From contig NC_042999.1 of assembly GCF_006345805.1 (NCBI RefSeq), forward strand, positions 26,598,001-26,662,000: DNA of 64,000 nucleotides, read 5' to 3'. Origin of the DNA: Octopus sinensis (lineage: Eukaryota). Both the position numbers and the translations under genes were made by a program. Below the pieces are notes generated by a model. That model worked only from the letters and a program-made list of their open reading frames with translations, was not told the origin of the DNA and made no database searches. Shown here piece after piece: positions 40,151 through 55,275 of this stretch; positions within the stretch are counted from its first letter, which is position 1, and each line of letters starts with the position of its first letter.

Positions 40151-40847
40151 AATAAAATGAAAAATATATAAAATTAAAATAAGCAGCATATCATCTCCAC
40201 ACACTTATTATGAATATAGTTACTAGAAGTTTTAACAGTATTTATAGTAGTATTATATACATATTTACTAAGAACTAAAAATTTATGAAACAATATAACC
40301 TTTAAAGGAATAGACAGGCCACATTTATGTGAAATAAATCTCAAAATCTACACTAAAATTCCAATTTATAGCTAGCTTTAGGATTATAACCGCATTTCTA
40401 GTTATTATCTCCCCTTGGCTTCAACATCTCTTATAATATTATTTTTAGAGTATTTTTCCGAGTATTTTATTGTATTCTTTTGTGTTATAGCCAATTCCCA
40501 TAATACTTAGCGTCTGACAGTGGGAGTGGCCATTTGCACTTGAACAGGCAGGATTAAACTTTATGCCGTAAATTAATCTTTATTCACTTAGTTTCTAACG
40601 TAAGTGGTTGTATTTATTAATTAATCTTTATTTTAGACTATTAACTCACATTTGTAATAAAATAAAATGTTTTATTATACTAGTATTGACAAGGGTATAT
40701 TTTCCACTTAATTATTAATTTCTATAATATTTATTTAGATATATTATAAGATTTAATGTTTCTAATTTAATCGTTAATAATTTCCTTAGGTTGAGCATTT
40801 TCAATCTATATCTTAATAGTACTTTATGTATTTAATATTTCAAAATA

Positions 40848-41075
40848 TACTCTTTTACTTGTTTAAGTCATTTGACTGCGGCTATGCTGGAGCAGCGGCT
40901 TTATAGTCGAACAAATCGAACCCAGAGCTTGTTCTTTGTAAGCCTAGTACTTATTCTATCGGTCTCTTTTGATTACCGCTAAGTTACAGGGACCTAAACA
41001 CACCAGCATCGGATGTCAGGCGATGCTGAGTGGGGGAAAACAGACACAGAAATACATATACATACACACACACAC

Positions 41076-41117
<42 letters not shown>

Positions 41118-41269
41118 GACTGTCTTCTTCCAGTTTCCGTCTACCAAATCCACTCACAAGGTTTGGTCGGCCCGAGGCTATAGTAGAAGACACTTGCCCT
41201 AGGTGCCACGCAGTGGGACTGAACCCGGAACCATGTGATTGGTAATCAAGCTACTTACCATACAGCCTA
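40848..41269 (-). mobile_element. SINE family A
   Basis: Reverse-complement match. Confidence 0.9.
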
Positions 41270-41348
41270 TATATATTTGTAATTTTTATTTTTAATATGA
41301 TTTGTAAATTGTAATTTTTAACTTTTACTCGTACATAATATGCATATC

Positions 41349-41418
41349 CTGAAGACGCACTGGTGGATTTATGTATTAAGTATAGCCTTAATACACACCC
41401 CAGAAGCGCAGAAATATT
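41349..41418 (+). ncRNA. Degenerate hammerhead-like motif with long stem II
   Basis: CTGAAGA-cgc..ctgg..tgtattaag/cttaataca..ccag..gcg-ca-GAAATATT; no good stem I. Confidence 0.35.
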
Positions 41419-42469
41419 TGTACTACCTTCTTTCCCCACAGATCCCTTGTGCTACCCTCCTTCCCCACAGATTAATAACAGGAAAGATATATTTATTTAA
41501 CTAATTTTATCTTATATTATTTTAATTATTTTATTTGATTTAATTTTCTCTACTTATACCATACCATGTAATTTTCACAGATTGATGGAAACAGCTACAT
41601 GCGCGAGATGTGTAAACAATGTGAGTTTCTGTAAAACAAAATCAAATGTTATCTTCTGCTCAATTCAGACTATTTTGTATGTGTATTTTGTTTAAAGAGA
41701 CCTTTTAACTGACGTCACTGGTTTGCCGACCTTTTTCAGAAAACGACATCGAGTAGTTCTGGACACACTTGTTTTGCCAATGCACTTGAAAACCTCTTTT
41801 AAAATTTAGTATTTTTAAACCTTCCTGTATAATTCGTATCAGAGAATGTTGATAAACAGCCCTCGTCAGCCTTCTTGCGTGTCTTCGTAGGAGCTGTAAC
41901 AAATGTTTTCACAGTTTGTTGATAACTTCCAATTATTTTAGATATGTCTAATGTTCATGCACCGTTTGCAAGTACAAAAGTAATAACAGATTTCTCTGAA
42001 TCAGATAAGTCACATTTAGAACCAATAATAACACGATTATCAGCACACTCGTTAATAATTTGTAACAATGAAAGTTCGTACAAATTATGCAGATGTCTGC
42101 GGTTTGTTTATATTTGAGCAAACTGTACGTTTTTTATACATCACATGCATGCAACTGTTGTCATCTTTTTGTGGAAATATCCTTGAATTCCAGCGAGTAG
42201 TTTTTAGATAAAATAAAATAAAATAATGTTACATTGTTAACAATTTGAAGAACAAATGTGTATATATAAATGCATACTTATACATTGCAAAAAAATCTAG
42301 AATATAAATATGTACATGAAAACAGATAACGTACAAGCGAACATTTGGCATCATTCAAGAACATTTAATTTTAATTTTTAATATGATGCAGGGTAGTTAT
42401 AATAAAAAAAATTTAACTTTTTTAGAGCTGTTCCTAGAATAGCTAAGCATGTGGAGCCTTATGCTATTG

Positions 42470-42883
42470 GGATCTTTTCGGTTTGAACGGCAGTTTTTTT
42501 CTAGCGATGTCATATGAAATTGTCACCCATAATTATGACCCTAGAATCGATCTATTACATTTCAATCTATTTTAGGGTTAGGGGTGGAGGAAAGGTATCG
42601 TTTTTTTCATCACAAATGTAAATAAACCCAATCCATTTCTTAAACGAGGGACATATTCATACGGCACATAATGCTTTTTAACTCAATAGACGTTACTGAT
42701 TGGTTGAAATTGCAGAAATTGAAGAAAAAAAAAACAACAAATATCTTACAAACTATAGAATGTTCTCAATAAAGCCAAGAGAAAAAGATGCTTTATAAAC
42801 ACATTCTACCAGTATACGAAGTTTACAATTTTTTAGTTACCTAGAAATTATGTTAAAAACTGCCGTTCAAACCGAAATGATCC
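42470..42883. mobile_element. Merlin-like MITE subtype 1, second copy
   Basis: Same TIRs and body as 14044; degenerate 8-bp TSD tgctattg/tgtcattg. Confidence 0.88.
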
Positions 42884-43092
42884 TGTCATTGAATACGGAA
42901 TTCCATGTAGGCTAAGTATTCCGTCATCGGGGAGAGAAATTAAAAAAATAAAGAAGTATAGAAATATAGAATGACAGATATATATAGAAAATCGTCAGTC
43001 GTGGACATTAGAAGTTAACAGGTTTTCGAGGGACCAAGGATTGTGCATAGTGAAAATAGATATGTTTGATAATTCCATGGTCGTGGAGTTAA

Positions 43093-43622
43093 TGTTGGCA
43101 TCCTTTTTGTCTCGGGAGACAATGGAGTTGCGCATGAAAAGAATCTAGTCCGGCTTTTACATTTCATGTCTTAATCCATCTCCTACTGTGGCTGTGTAGT
43201 CCTATCCTGGACAAACACTCCCTCTGGCGGGTGCCGCAAATGTAGCGAAGACTTTTCCTGGCTGGTTGTAATGTCATAGTTTCTTGTTGACGTCTTATCT
43301 TGTTTTTCCATTTCTCCTCTCTCTCTGTCACTCCTTTGTGTTCCCTCTTTTACGGTACGTCGCCAATCTCCACGGTTGCTGGCAACTGCTTCCCAGTTAC
43401 TAATATTGATGTTGCAGGCCTTCATGTCCCTTTTGCAAACATCCTTGTATCTTAAGAACGGTCTTCCCACAGACCTAGTGCCCCTAGCGAGCTCTCCATA
43501 GAGTATGTCCTTGGGGATTCTGCCATCTTCCATACGGCTAACATGTCCAAGTCATCTCATACGTCTTTGTGTGAGGAGTGCAAACATGCTTGGAATTCCT
43601 GCTTGCTTGAGGACATCTTTGT
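43093..43622 (-). mobile_element. RTE-clade LINE 3' fragment
   Basis: MEDGRIPKDILYGELARGTRSVGRPFLRYKDVCKRDMK...WEAVASNRGDWR. Confidence 0.9.
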
Positions 43623-43896
43623 TAATAATAACCATATTAAATAATAACCCTCGATAAAATGAAATGCCACTTAGCAGTTCCACAGTTGAAGTTTTGGGGC
43701 AACGGTTGTTACTAGCTCAATCTTTGAACAGAAAGGGAATCAGATTTGAGTTGGAAGGCCTTGAAAGAGTATATTACTGTGTGAAGGATTGATACAATGG
43801 GAAATGATTGAGAGTGAGATTAGTCTGAATAAGGAGTTTGTAGGTTTGACATAGGTATTAAGATGAATGTATACACACACACTGACACACATGCAC

Positions 43897-43950
<54 letters not shown>

Positions 43951-43954
<4 letters not shown>

Positions 43955-44169
43955 TTAGCACACCGGGCGAAATGCGTAGTCGTATTTCGTCTGCCGTTAC
44001 GTTCTGAGTTCAAATTCCTCCGAGGTCGACTTTGCCTTTCATCTTTTCGGGGTCGATAAATTAAGTACCAGTTACGCACTGGAGTCGATGTAATCGACTT
44101 AATCCGTTTGCCTGTGCTTGTTTGTTCCCTCTGTGTTTAGTCCCTTGTGGGTGGTAAAGAAATAGGTAT
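43951..44169 (+). mobile_element. SINE family B
   Basis: Near-identical to 34277-34507; 5' end abuts (TA)n. Confidence 0.88.
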
Positions 44170-44371
44170 ACATGCAGTGGTATATCACCACACATGTTTG
44201 CCCAGACAGATACACTCAGCATGTGGCTATACATTTGTACATACATTTGCGCATAGAGATGATCATTTGCACATGCGCATATACAAACATGTCTGTGTGC
44301 ATACATACATGCATAAATACATAAATACATAAACACACATACGTTCATGCATACATATATACATACATATA

Positions 44372-44797
44372 TAGGCACAGGAGTGGCTGTATGGTAAGTA
44401 GCTTGCTAACCAGCCACATGGTTCCAGGTTCAGTCCCACTGTGTGTCATCTTGGGCAAGTGTCTTCTGCTGTAGCCTCGGACCGACCAATGCCCTGTGAG
44501 TGGATTTGGTAGACGGAAACTGAAAGAAGCCCGTTGTATATATGTATTTATATATATATATATGTGTGTATGTCTGCGTTTGTGTGTCTGCCTTTGTCCC
44601 CTTAGCATTGCTTGACAACCGATGCTGGTCTGTTTACGTCCCCGTCACTTAGCGGTTCGGCAAAAGAGACCGATAGAATAAGTACTAGGCTTACAAAAGA
44701 ATAAGTCCCGGGGTCGAGTTGCTCGATTTAAGGCGGTGCTCCAGGATGGCCGCAGTCAAATAACTGAAACAAGTAAAAGAGTAAAGAGTAAAGAGTA
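44372..44797 (+). mobile_element. SINE family A
   Basis: Full length, with a (gtaaaga)n tail. Confidence 0.9.
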
Positions 44798-45320
44798 TAC
44801 ATGCATACATTCATACCTACATACACACACACACTGGCTTAGTCATTATATATGTGTTAGGGGGCTGTAAGAATTTAAGTGTGTAGGGGAGGAATGTTTA
44901 ATGATAAGGAATGAAGCACACCAGATGTATAAGTGCCAGTTCGTTTCAATGAATTTTAGACCACCAATCTAGCAGTCTAGAGGTTGGGGATGAGTGTTAG
45001 AGAGTGGTAAATATGGTTTTAAAAGATAATGAAATTCTCAGCCGATAGTCCTTCCAATACTGAATCTGATAAGGTAAGCGGTAGAGGGAAATTTAAGGTT
45101 CGAATGATTATAATGTCAGCAAATGATATTAACATATCAAATTTTTGAAATATCAGTGAAAGCGTATGTTCAATGGGAATTAATGAATGAAAAATAAATT
45201 ATTACTAGGTTCGTGTAAAATAAATTATAAATTCTCTAGGGATGAAATAATTATAGCAATAATGTATAGTAGATACGATAATTGATGAAAGAATAATGGG
45301 ATTCGATATTCTGCTATTCG

Positions 45321-45558
45321 TTTATTATTTTACTTGTTTCAGTCACTTGACCGCGGCCATGCTGGAGCACCACCTTTAGTCGAAGAAATCGATACCAGGA
45401 CTTATTCTTTGTAAGCCTAGTACTTATTCCATCGGACTCCATTGCCGAACCGTTAAGTTTTGGAGGCGTAAGACACACCAGCATCGGTTGTTAAGCGATG
45501 GCGGGGAGGGGGAAACATAGACACAGTCTCACACATACACACATATATACACATACAT

Positions 45559-45590
<32 letters not shown>

Positions 45591-45618
45591 ATACATACAT
45601 GTATATATATATACATAA

Positions 45619-45674
<56 letters not shown>

Positions 45675-46820
45675 TATATATACTAGCAGCATAGCCCGGC
45701 GTTGTCCGGGTATGTAAGAGCCCCTAGTAGGCAACGACTAATCCCAATCTAGTCCTTTCCCTCTAGGGAACGAAGGCTCATGTGTAGGTTGCAATGTCTT
45801 CTCTTCACTCCCAAACAACTATCAAACAGCTATCGATAATTCAACCCAGCCAATTCCTACCAGGAATAAATTACATTCGAGACTTTACTCCCAACACCGC
45901 CACTTCTGCTAATAGCTGCTGCAGCCTCAAGTTATTCGAATACCTTTTTGTTTAAACTTTCTTTATAACTACCACCCCAAACGTTTTACCTTAAATTTTC
46001 GACGTACCCTAAGGGTCCTCGGACGCTGCTTGCAAACTCTTGGTTTATTATAAACCGCTTTTTTCGTGTGCACCAATAAACCTTTTCCATTCGTTTGTTC
46101 AGTTTGGTCACTTTTGACTTTTTCGTTGTTGTCACTCACATTGCTGCCTGCTTTTTTGCCGTTTTTGTACATTCTTATACATTTTGGAATACTTGCCCCC
46201 ACGTGTTCCGAGAGTTAAAAAGGTCGAGTTGCGTCCCCTAGACAGTCTGTGGTTTGTGTTTAATACACAAATCGGTTTGCTATGTGTGCAACATATGATT
46301 TAATTAACCGATTTTTTCGAGTAATAAAGTAACCTATTGGAATAAAAAGAGCCATAGAGCTCCTTGGAGCAGACATGATGCTCGCTGTAAATTTAAAAAA
46401 AAATTCCTGCCAATTTGTGAAAGATATTGTCGAAAATATGTCATCTTGAATTTGAGCGCGATTTCCCAAAATGGCATGATTTTATCGATTTTTTCTGTTG
46501 GTAAGGTATTAATGGAAAACTAACGTCAGAATTAAGTTTCTCAGGGTAACATTAAGCTTCACCATGAATTTAGTGAAAATCGATTGCAAGTTGCGAAAAC
46601 TACAACAGAAAATGTGTCGAATTTATAATTTTTTTTCAGAACTGGGGAAAATTTTTTTAATTTTCGCTCCGTTAGTTTTGAATTATGACATTGAGCTATG
46701 TGTGTCAAGTTTTATCAGAATCGGTTGAAAGCCGTGGTCAGGGTGAGGGTAAAACCTGACAGACACACAGACACACAGACAGACAAACTGCCGTTTATAT
46801 ATATATAGAGAGAGATATAA

Positions 46821-46852
<32 letters not shown>

Positions 46853-47170
46853 TCATATATAATTATCATATTTTGATAAGCATAACAAATGCGCAACCGG
46901 TAAAAAGAACTTTCACCTAATTAAATTACTTAAATTACTTCAATTATTTGTCAGCATTTTCTTCATTTCCTTTTATATATATATATATATAATATATATA
47001 TATATACGATTAGCTTCTTTCAGCATCCGTCTACCGAATCCACTCACAAGGCTTTAGTCGACCCCAAGCTAGAGTAGAAGACAATTTCTCAAGGTGCCAC
47101 GCAATGGGTCTGAACTCGGAACTATGTGGTTGGGAAACAACTTCTTAACACAGAGCTACCCCTAAACCTA
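45321..47170 (-). mobile_element. SINE family A split at its internal (TA)n by a Helitron and a further insert of about 115 bp
   Basis: 3' half at 45321-45530 and 5' half at 47005-47170, colinear. Confidence 0.8.
45683..46815 (-). mobile_element. Non-autonomous Helitron (1133 bp)
   Basis: 5' TCTCTCTCTATATATATATAAACGGCAG; 3' hairpin cccggacaacgccggg plus CTAG; inserted between A and T, no TSD. Confidence 0.9.
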
Positions 47171-47689
47171 TGCTGACAAAAGAAATCTTATCAGTTAATT
47201 ACATATATTTTTTAAATATATTTTTTAAACATATTTTAGGTGTAAAGTAACTTGTAAGATATGTAAAGTGTGGAGAAAGAGTTGAGGGAGGATAATAAGG
47301 TATTTATTTTTAAAATGTAATAAAGTGGAATACAATACAATAAAATAAATTGAGGTGGAATAAAATAGAATAAGATGACAAGGTAAATGCAATAATTTAA
47401 CTAAGTGATTTTATGCGATTCTCTGAATACATAGAAGTGAGAATAAAGTGTTAGAAGGCTATAAAAGTGGTAGCTGTGAGACGGCATTTGGAAATATCTA
47501 AAAGAAATATCCAAAAGTCTATAAACACGAGAAAAGAAGGATTAATGGTGTTTAGTTAATAACCATAATAATTATGCTGCAAGTGAATAGGTATTAGATT
47601 AATTATAAAATAGGTGAAGAGTAGAATATAAATTAAGGGTCGAAATAATAAATAGCTAAAAAGCAATATGATTGTAAGTTAAATATGCT

Positions 47690-47945
47690 AACTTAACTAC
47701 GGGGGCTTATGTGATGTCTAACCTACATATCAGCGAAATCAAAGGGAGTTGTCTTACTGCATTTAGGTTTAAGGTAATATTTATAGTTTTCGAAAAGTTC
47801 ATGAATACACCAAGAGAAGACTTTGTGCTGCTTATCTAATAAGTGTGCAGAGTTATGAGAGGGACTTGTATAGATTGCGTCAAATATAACCCACGTGGGG
47901 TGTTTTGGCTTTGGTATGGAGGACTGAATCAATGATAGGAACCTC
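47690..47945 (-). mobile_element. Possible decayed PLE reverse transcriptase fragment
   Basis: RFL...FSWCI...TTPFDFADM resembles the PLE RT motif TFDFSTLY; otherwise very degraded. Confidence 0.35.
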
Positions 47946-47985
47946 ACCTATATCAAAATGTATCTAATACCTACATGTATTAGCG

Positions 47986-48048
<63 letters not shown>

Positions 48049-48832
48049 TTGTGTGTGTATGTTTCTATACATACATCCCCTTAGCTCCTATGTCGAACAT
48101 TTCACTATACAGACTAGTCTCTATCCACCCTCACACGTTTCTGCTCCCAACTATGGTCACCTAAGAGCTTTGAAATATATCACCTTCACACAATAATGTA
48201 CTCTTCTAAGGCCTCCCGAATCAAATCTGATTAACTTTCTATTCAAAGATGGAACTACTAACTTCGATTGTCCTTTGCCAGGGATTCTCCTTGAAACTTC
48301 CCACACGGAACTGCTGACTGACATTATTTTTTGATCTAGGGCAGGATCCTGAATGCTCTTTAGCCGAAGGACAAAAGGCCGAAGCCAAGAAACCGAACGG
48401 AGACTATACTGAACGGACATAAAGCCGAACGGGTACAATGTAGAATGTTCCCATTGCAAAGAAGCTTATTTAAAAAGTGGTTTTATGTATCTATTTTTTC
48501 TACATTTTATTCTGTCAAATGTTCATATGAAGGAATAAAATGAGTATCATATATTTTAATTTTCCTATATCTTTTCTGCATCTTGTCCGTTCGGCTTCTT
48601 TTTTTCGGTTTCCTATTCTTCGACATGAGTGGATTTGGTGTGCCGTCCGTGTACCATGTATATATTACATGCTACTACTATTACTAACATTTACAAATTT
48701 CAAATACTATAATCAACTCTGAAATCCGTCAAAATACCTTATGGTTATCAAATATGCAGAATGAATCAAAAATGAGTATTCTTTATGAAACCACTCCCCG
48801 ACTGGTGAAGAACATTTGCTAACTCCAAAAAA

Positions 48833-49930
<1,098 letters not shown>

Positions 49931-50050
49931 ACTCAGAGAAAAGGACTAAAGGTGCCCGTGTTGACGATAGCAGGAAAATAATAGCCTAGTCAAGAGAAAC
50001 GTCAGTTAAAATAATCTTATTTTAGGGTTGAAAGTTCTATTACCACAGCT

Positions 50051-50085
<35 letters not shown>

Positions 50086-50516
50086 CAACAACAACAACAA
50101 CAACGATAATTAAGATGATACTGGTGATGATAATTGAAATGTAAAAATCCATAGGGAATGTTTACAAAATTTCTAAAAATAGTCCAACGATTACTGATTT
50201 GGCCAGAGTCAAAATACAGGTCTCTTAACATGTTCAACAAACCGTGACGCCTAAACAAAATATCAATCAACTAAAGTAATTTAATAAAACCACATACAGA
50301 TTGGTCAGAGTACAGTTTGCAAAAATTAACATTCTAGAGTGTGTACATATGTATTTAAGGCGCACAGTTTAGCCATCTCACGAAAGTTGTAAACTGTAAA
50401 ACATAACTACGACCACTACTACATGAATCTGAAGATTGCATAGTTTAAGGTATGAAAGTACTAGGTCAATCAGAATGGACATCTCATATTCTATCATTTC
50501 ATTATATTATATTATA

Positions 50517-50888
50517 CTAGCAGTATCGCCCGGCGTTGCTCAGGTTTGTAAGGGAAATAACTATAAAGCATTTTTAGAGAGTTATAGCCAAAAAATGGGA
50601 AAAAATGATGGTAAATTTTTTTTGAGAGTAAAAAAGGTGGAGTTGCGTCCCCTAGACAGTTTGCGGTTTGTGTTTCTGATTCTCGACCCCATGTCGAATT
50701 TATAAATTTTTTTCAGAACTGGGGGAACTTTTCAAAATTTTCGCTGCGTTAGTTTTGAATTATGACATTGGGCTATGTGTGTGTCAAGTTTCATCAGAAT
50801 CGGTTGAAAGCCGTGGTCAGGGTGAGGGTACAAGCAAACAGACACACAGAAACGCGCACAGACAAACTGCCGTTTATATATAGAGAGA
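50517..50888 (-). mobile_element. Short non-autonomous Helitron (372 bp), same family as 45683
   Basis: Shared 5' 200 bp and an internal block; 3' gcaacgccgggcgatactgCTAG; A/T insertion site. Confidence 0.9.
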
Positions 50889-51002
50889 TTATTATAAGAT
50901 TGTAAATATAAAGTGAAAATCAAAGTTGGAATTTCTTTGAGTAATATATTCTTCTATACAAAATCATACACATCAGTGTATATCTATCTATTTATCTATT
51001 TA

Positions 51003-51078
<76 letters not shown>

Positions 51079-51316
51079 GATAACAATTTAATAAATAAAA
51101 CATATGCATACATACATATATGTACATACCTACATCTATATGTATATATAAATGCATATATGGGTACAGGACACCCCCAAAAAACGTTAACATAAAAACA
51201 AAACAAGGAAACGGACATTTTTTAACAACGAAAAAACAGAGTACAAGACATACTACACAAGGAACATTCCCCTCTTCAGCTGCCCCTGTTTCGACGTATT
51301 GCGTGTTTTATATATA

Positions 51317-51371
<55 letters not shown>

Positions 51372-51930
51372 CAGGCATACCTCTGATTGTCGGTTTTCAT
51401 AAATAATATATGGAAACAAAATCACGTTAAGTCATTTTTGACGACTTTACTATTTTCCGCCACGAATATGGGAAACGTAAACTCAATAGAAGACAGTTAA
51501 AAGCACATAAAATCATGTTACTGTACAACAGATAAGAATAAAAGTATATAAATTCATATTAAAATACGTACAGTAAATATTAAGATACACACCATAAAGT
51601 AGTGCAGCTTATTGAACGATTCGAACAAAGACAAAAACAGCCAGCTATTGGTACTGACGATCCACAACCATCTACATCCGCGATGTATACCACCATATTG
51701 TATGCACGCATCGGTAAATTTAAAACAATTAGGTTAACGAGAGCAAAATAATAATAATGATTACTGAATTTACTTTTTAAGCTTAAAAAAGGCTTTTATT
51801 TTACCATTTCTTATTGCAAACTGCATTCATAAATAAAGCGTCTGGGATGTCCGCTAAACACCGCCAAATTGTGTTCGTAAATGTAGATTCCATTTTTTTC
51901 GTTACTGTACTGTATCAAAAAATAAAAAAT

Positions 51931-51969
<39 letters not shown>

Positions 51970-52646
51970 AACAACTACTACTACTACTACTGAAATTTTG
52001 TGAACTCTGGTTTACTGGCATGCATAATCTTTTACTAAATCACTCCCCTCTGTGATTGGCATTCCGGTTATGCTCCCTTAGTTCTTTTATATTCTCGACG
52101 ATGAGTTCGTAAATATATTGCCAACCTAAATATGTTAATGCTATCCTCGATCTATTGCAACATTAGATCTATTGCAACATAAATTTCTTCTAATTGAGTG
52201 CAACGCAAACGTTAAGTTCTCAAAGATATGTTAGTTGATTTAACTAAATGTTACTTACAATCCTCAGAGACTTTATTCATCAATGAAAAAAACAAAATAT
52301 TGATACGATTCAAATGCGCGCTTTTCTTTCTGATTATTTGCAATTCATCTCCCAATGCAGCATAATGCGAGAATCTTTGTATTACAGTCAATACAGCTGT
52401 GAGTTTCATGAGTTTTACGAATCGTATCGCAATTTACTGAACGGAGACTGATGCAGTTGGTCAGTTCAGAAATAGGCTATAAAGATGTATATCGGATTTT
52501 GTTCTGTCCTGCTTTTTCAAAGGTTTTCGAGGATGCGATCTCAGGATTTCATTAGTTAAATTATAGAACTCGATGTTTACATTTATTTGATCTGGTTATA
52601 AGCGTTTGCAGAATCTCACTTGTTACCAATCTCATATTCTATAAAG

Positions 52647-53034
52647 GTGGAGGCGCAATGGCCCAGTTGTTAGGGCAGCGGACTCGCGGTCGTAGGATCG
52701 CGGTTTCGATTCCCAGACCGGGCGTTGTGAGTGTTTATTGAGCGAAAATACTTAAAGTTCCCCGAGGCTCCGGCAGGGGATGGTGGTGATCCCCGCTGTA
52801 CTCTTTCACCACAACTTTCTCTCACTCTTACTTCCTGTTTCTGTTGTACCTGTATTTCAAAGGGCCGGCCTTGTCACTTTCTGTGTCACGCTGAATATCC
52901 CTGAGAACTACGTTAAGGGTACACGTGTCTGTGGAGTGCTCAGCCACTTACACGTTAATTTCACGAGCAGGCTGTTCCGTTGATCGGATCAACCGGAACC
53001 CTCGTCGTCGTAACCGATGGAGTGCTTCCATCCA
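52647..53034 (+). mobile_element. SINE family C, full length, (CCAT)n tail, 13-bp TSD
   Basis: Near-identical to 3733; TSD tcatattctataa (52632-52644, 53035-53047). Confidence 0.92.
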
Positions 53035-53148
53035 TCATATTCTATAATATTCTCTATTTGCCACCAGAAGATAAATATATGCTAATGCATAGAATCATAT
53101 TCTAGGCAATGCATTTTGAAATTCAATTAGCTGTTCAAGTTTAGTTGA

Positions 53149-53220
53149 GCTATTCACACGATGTAAACTACACGATGTAAACTGCTATTCACACGATGTA
53201 AACTACACGATGTAAACTGC
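53149..53220. repeat. Hierarchical tandem repeat: 35 bp x2, each holding acacgatgtaaact x2
   Basis: Read directly from the sequence. Confidence 0.9.
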
Positions 53221-54934
53221 ATGCCTAACGTCAGTGGAGTTTATTCATTTATGTAATTAGTGGCCTTTTATCAATTAGTGATCAATATACTTAAAACAAT
53301 ATCAATACACTTAAGCATTTTTCTCTATAAGCCCAGTAGTATTGGTTTATATGGTCTTATATTAAGGGAAAGGGGATATAAATTTTACAGAATATATACG
53401 GGAAAAGTAAACGATTGTGCATAGTTTAGAAACTCTTTCACCAAGGTTCCATTTTATTCCAAATTAATATATCTAAATTCTCTATACACAATTTCTAGCT
53501 TGTAAATAGGAACCATGGAAATGTGAGATTTGCTTCTGATTGTAGTAGCATTATAAATTTTCTAAACTTTTTGTTGCTTTTTCTGAATCTAAACCTAAAA
53601 TGCATTGCAAAGCTAAGTAATAATATTTGTGCACATATTACTTGCTGAAGATTAACTACTTAAATGAAAAAGGTCAAGTAATGACTTCATAGCCCTCCTC
53701 TTGTATATACTATATAGGAAATTATGAAAGATTACAATATAGATTATATGCTATATGATATAACTATCGCTTATATGAAGCACGGTAGGGTATTCAAAGA
53801 ATATTTTATATCGGAAATTATATCGCACCGTACATTTTATTTTCACCCAAACATTTTCAAACAAATCATCAGGTTCTTCTTTTCGACGAGAACAACATTG
53901 TTAAACATCGTTAGAGTAATTTCCTTCACTTAAATGAATATGCTAGATATATTGCGTGTTCATGTTACATATATTATTGTAGAATTTCTAGTTGAGACAA
54001 CAAGGTGAATCACAGGAAATAAGTTGAAATAATACTCGGAATTGCTAAAAGACAGCAGAAATGAAGGTGAAACTATCAAAAAGTGTTTTGTGCATATGAA
54101 ATGAAAGTATTACAAACAAAAGTGTAAAATTTCAGTAAGAAGGATGAATTAAAGATATATTTGAAAAGGAATGGCATTATCAAATGCTCATTCAAATATT
54201 CAGTGTCATTTTTCTCTTTCTATAGAATGAAAAGAATTAATTTTATAGAGGAAAAGCAGCTGCAGGAATTAATTGCATGGTGAGTAGAAATAGAAAAACA
54301 AACCGTCAAGAAGCAGATAACTGCTGATTATAATGTATTCGTCTAAAGATGGGGGTGGGTGTTATATCTGATATTAATATCACATGTAAAAGAAATTGCA
54401 ACACAAAGAGGTGAATACTTATATATGCGGACAGAGACATGCGTGATCACATACACCCCCACACATATACAAATACACGCTCGCATTCAGACGCACACAC
54501 TCACGCAAACATGCACGTACACACTAACACATCTATGCAATCTTCTAAGCATTTTGAGTACTTGCTAGCGGGTTTGGTGGCTTGTTCCAAGTCACTGTTA
54601 AATGAATCAGGTGTAAAGTAGTCGCGAGCAGACATAGATAACCTTTTTGCTCGACCACGCTTAAGCTAATTGGACATCCACGAAATGACAGTGGAAAAAA
54701 AGAACAAGGATGTCTAGCAGTCGACTAGAACCAACTTCTACCAAAGTAGGCTGGAGTAAAAGGAGAATAACGTGTATCGGTCTAGTATATGATGTTCAGA
54801 TATATTTGTTGATCTAATTCCTTATTCTATTCTTGTAATTTACTATTCCGCCTATCATTTCATATATGCACAGCACATTAGCCTGTTGAGAAAAAGAAAA
54901 TTAACAGAAATCTTATCATCGCGCTAAAGCAAGT

Positions 54935-55050
54935 AACCTTAGATGCCAAGAAACTTCCTAAATATCCTAGCTGTCCCTAATAATTATCTTTACTGGAGTT
55001 GCAGTGAACTAGATTTTATGTCTATTTCTTCTTTCCAATTTTTAAAATCT
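54935..55050 (-). mobile_element. R4/Dong LINE C-terminal fragment
   Basis: Minus-strand LQ...LLGTARIFRKFLGI* matches the R4/Dong C-terminus type LLGTARILRKVL. Confidence 0.7.
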
Positions 55051-55065
55051 TCCTTATTATTATTA

Positions 55066-55100
<35 letters not shown>

Positions 55101-55275
55101 TATTATTATTATTATTATTATTTAATGTGGAATACATAGGACGTGTTTTCAAACGCTCCAGGTTCGTGCAGCTTAAATGATATACTTACATCAGTTTGGT
55201 GGTTGCTTTTTATTATTTATTTTTCTTTCAAGCTGTCAATAAAAACATCTGTATTCCGCCCACCAAATAAGTTCC

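Noticed and set aside
48355-48650. Short gccgaa/ccgaacgg repeats with inverted counterparts
   Set aside because: Probably a decayed MITE, but no definable TIR or TSD.
51255-51300. Minus-strand CTGAAGA and GAAAC motifs
   Set aside because: Their order and pairing do not give a valid hammerhead fold.
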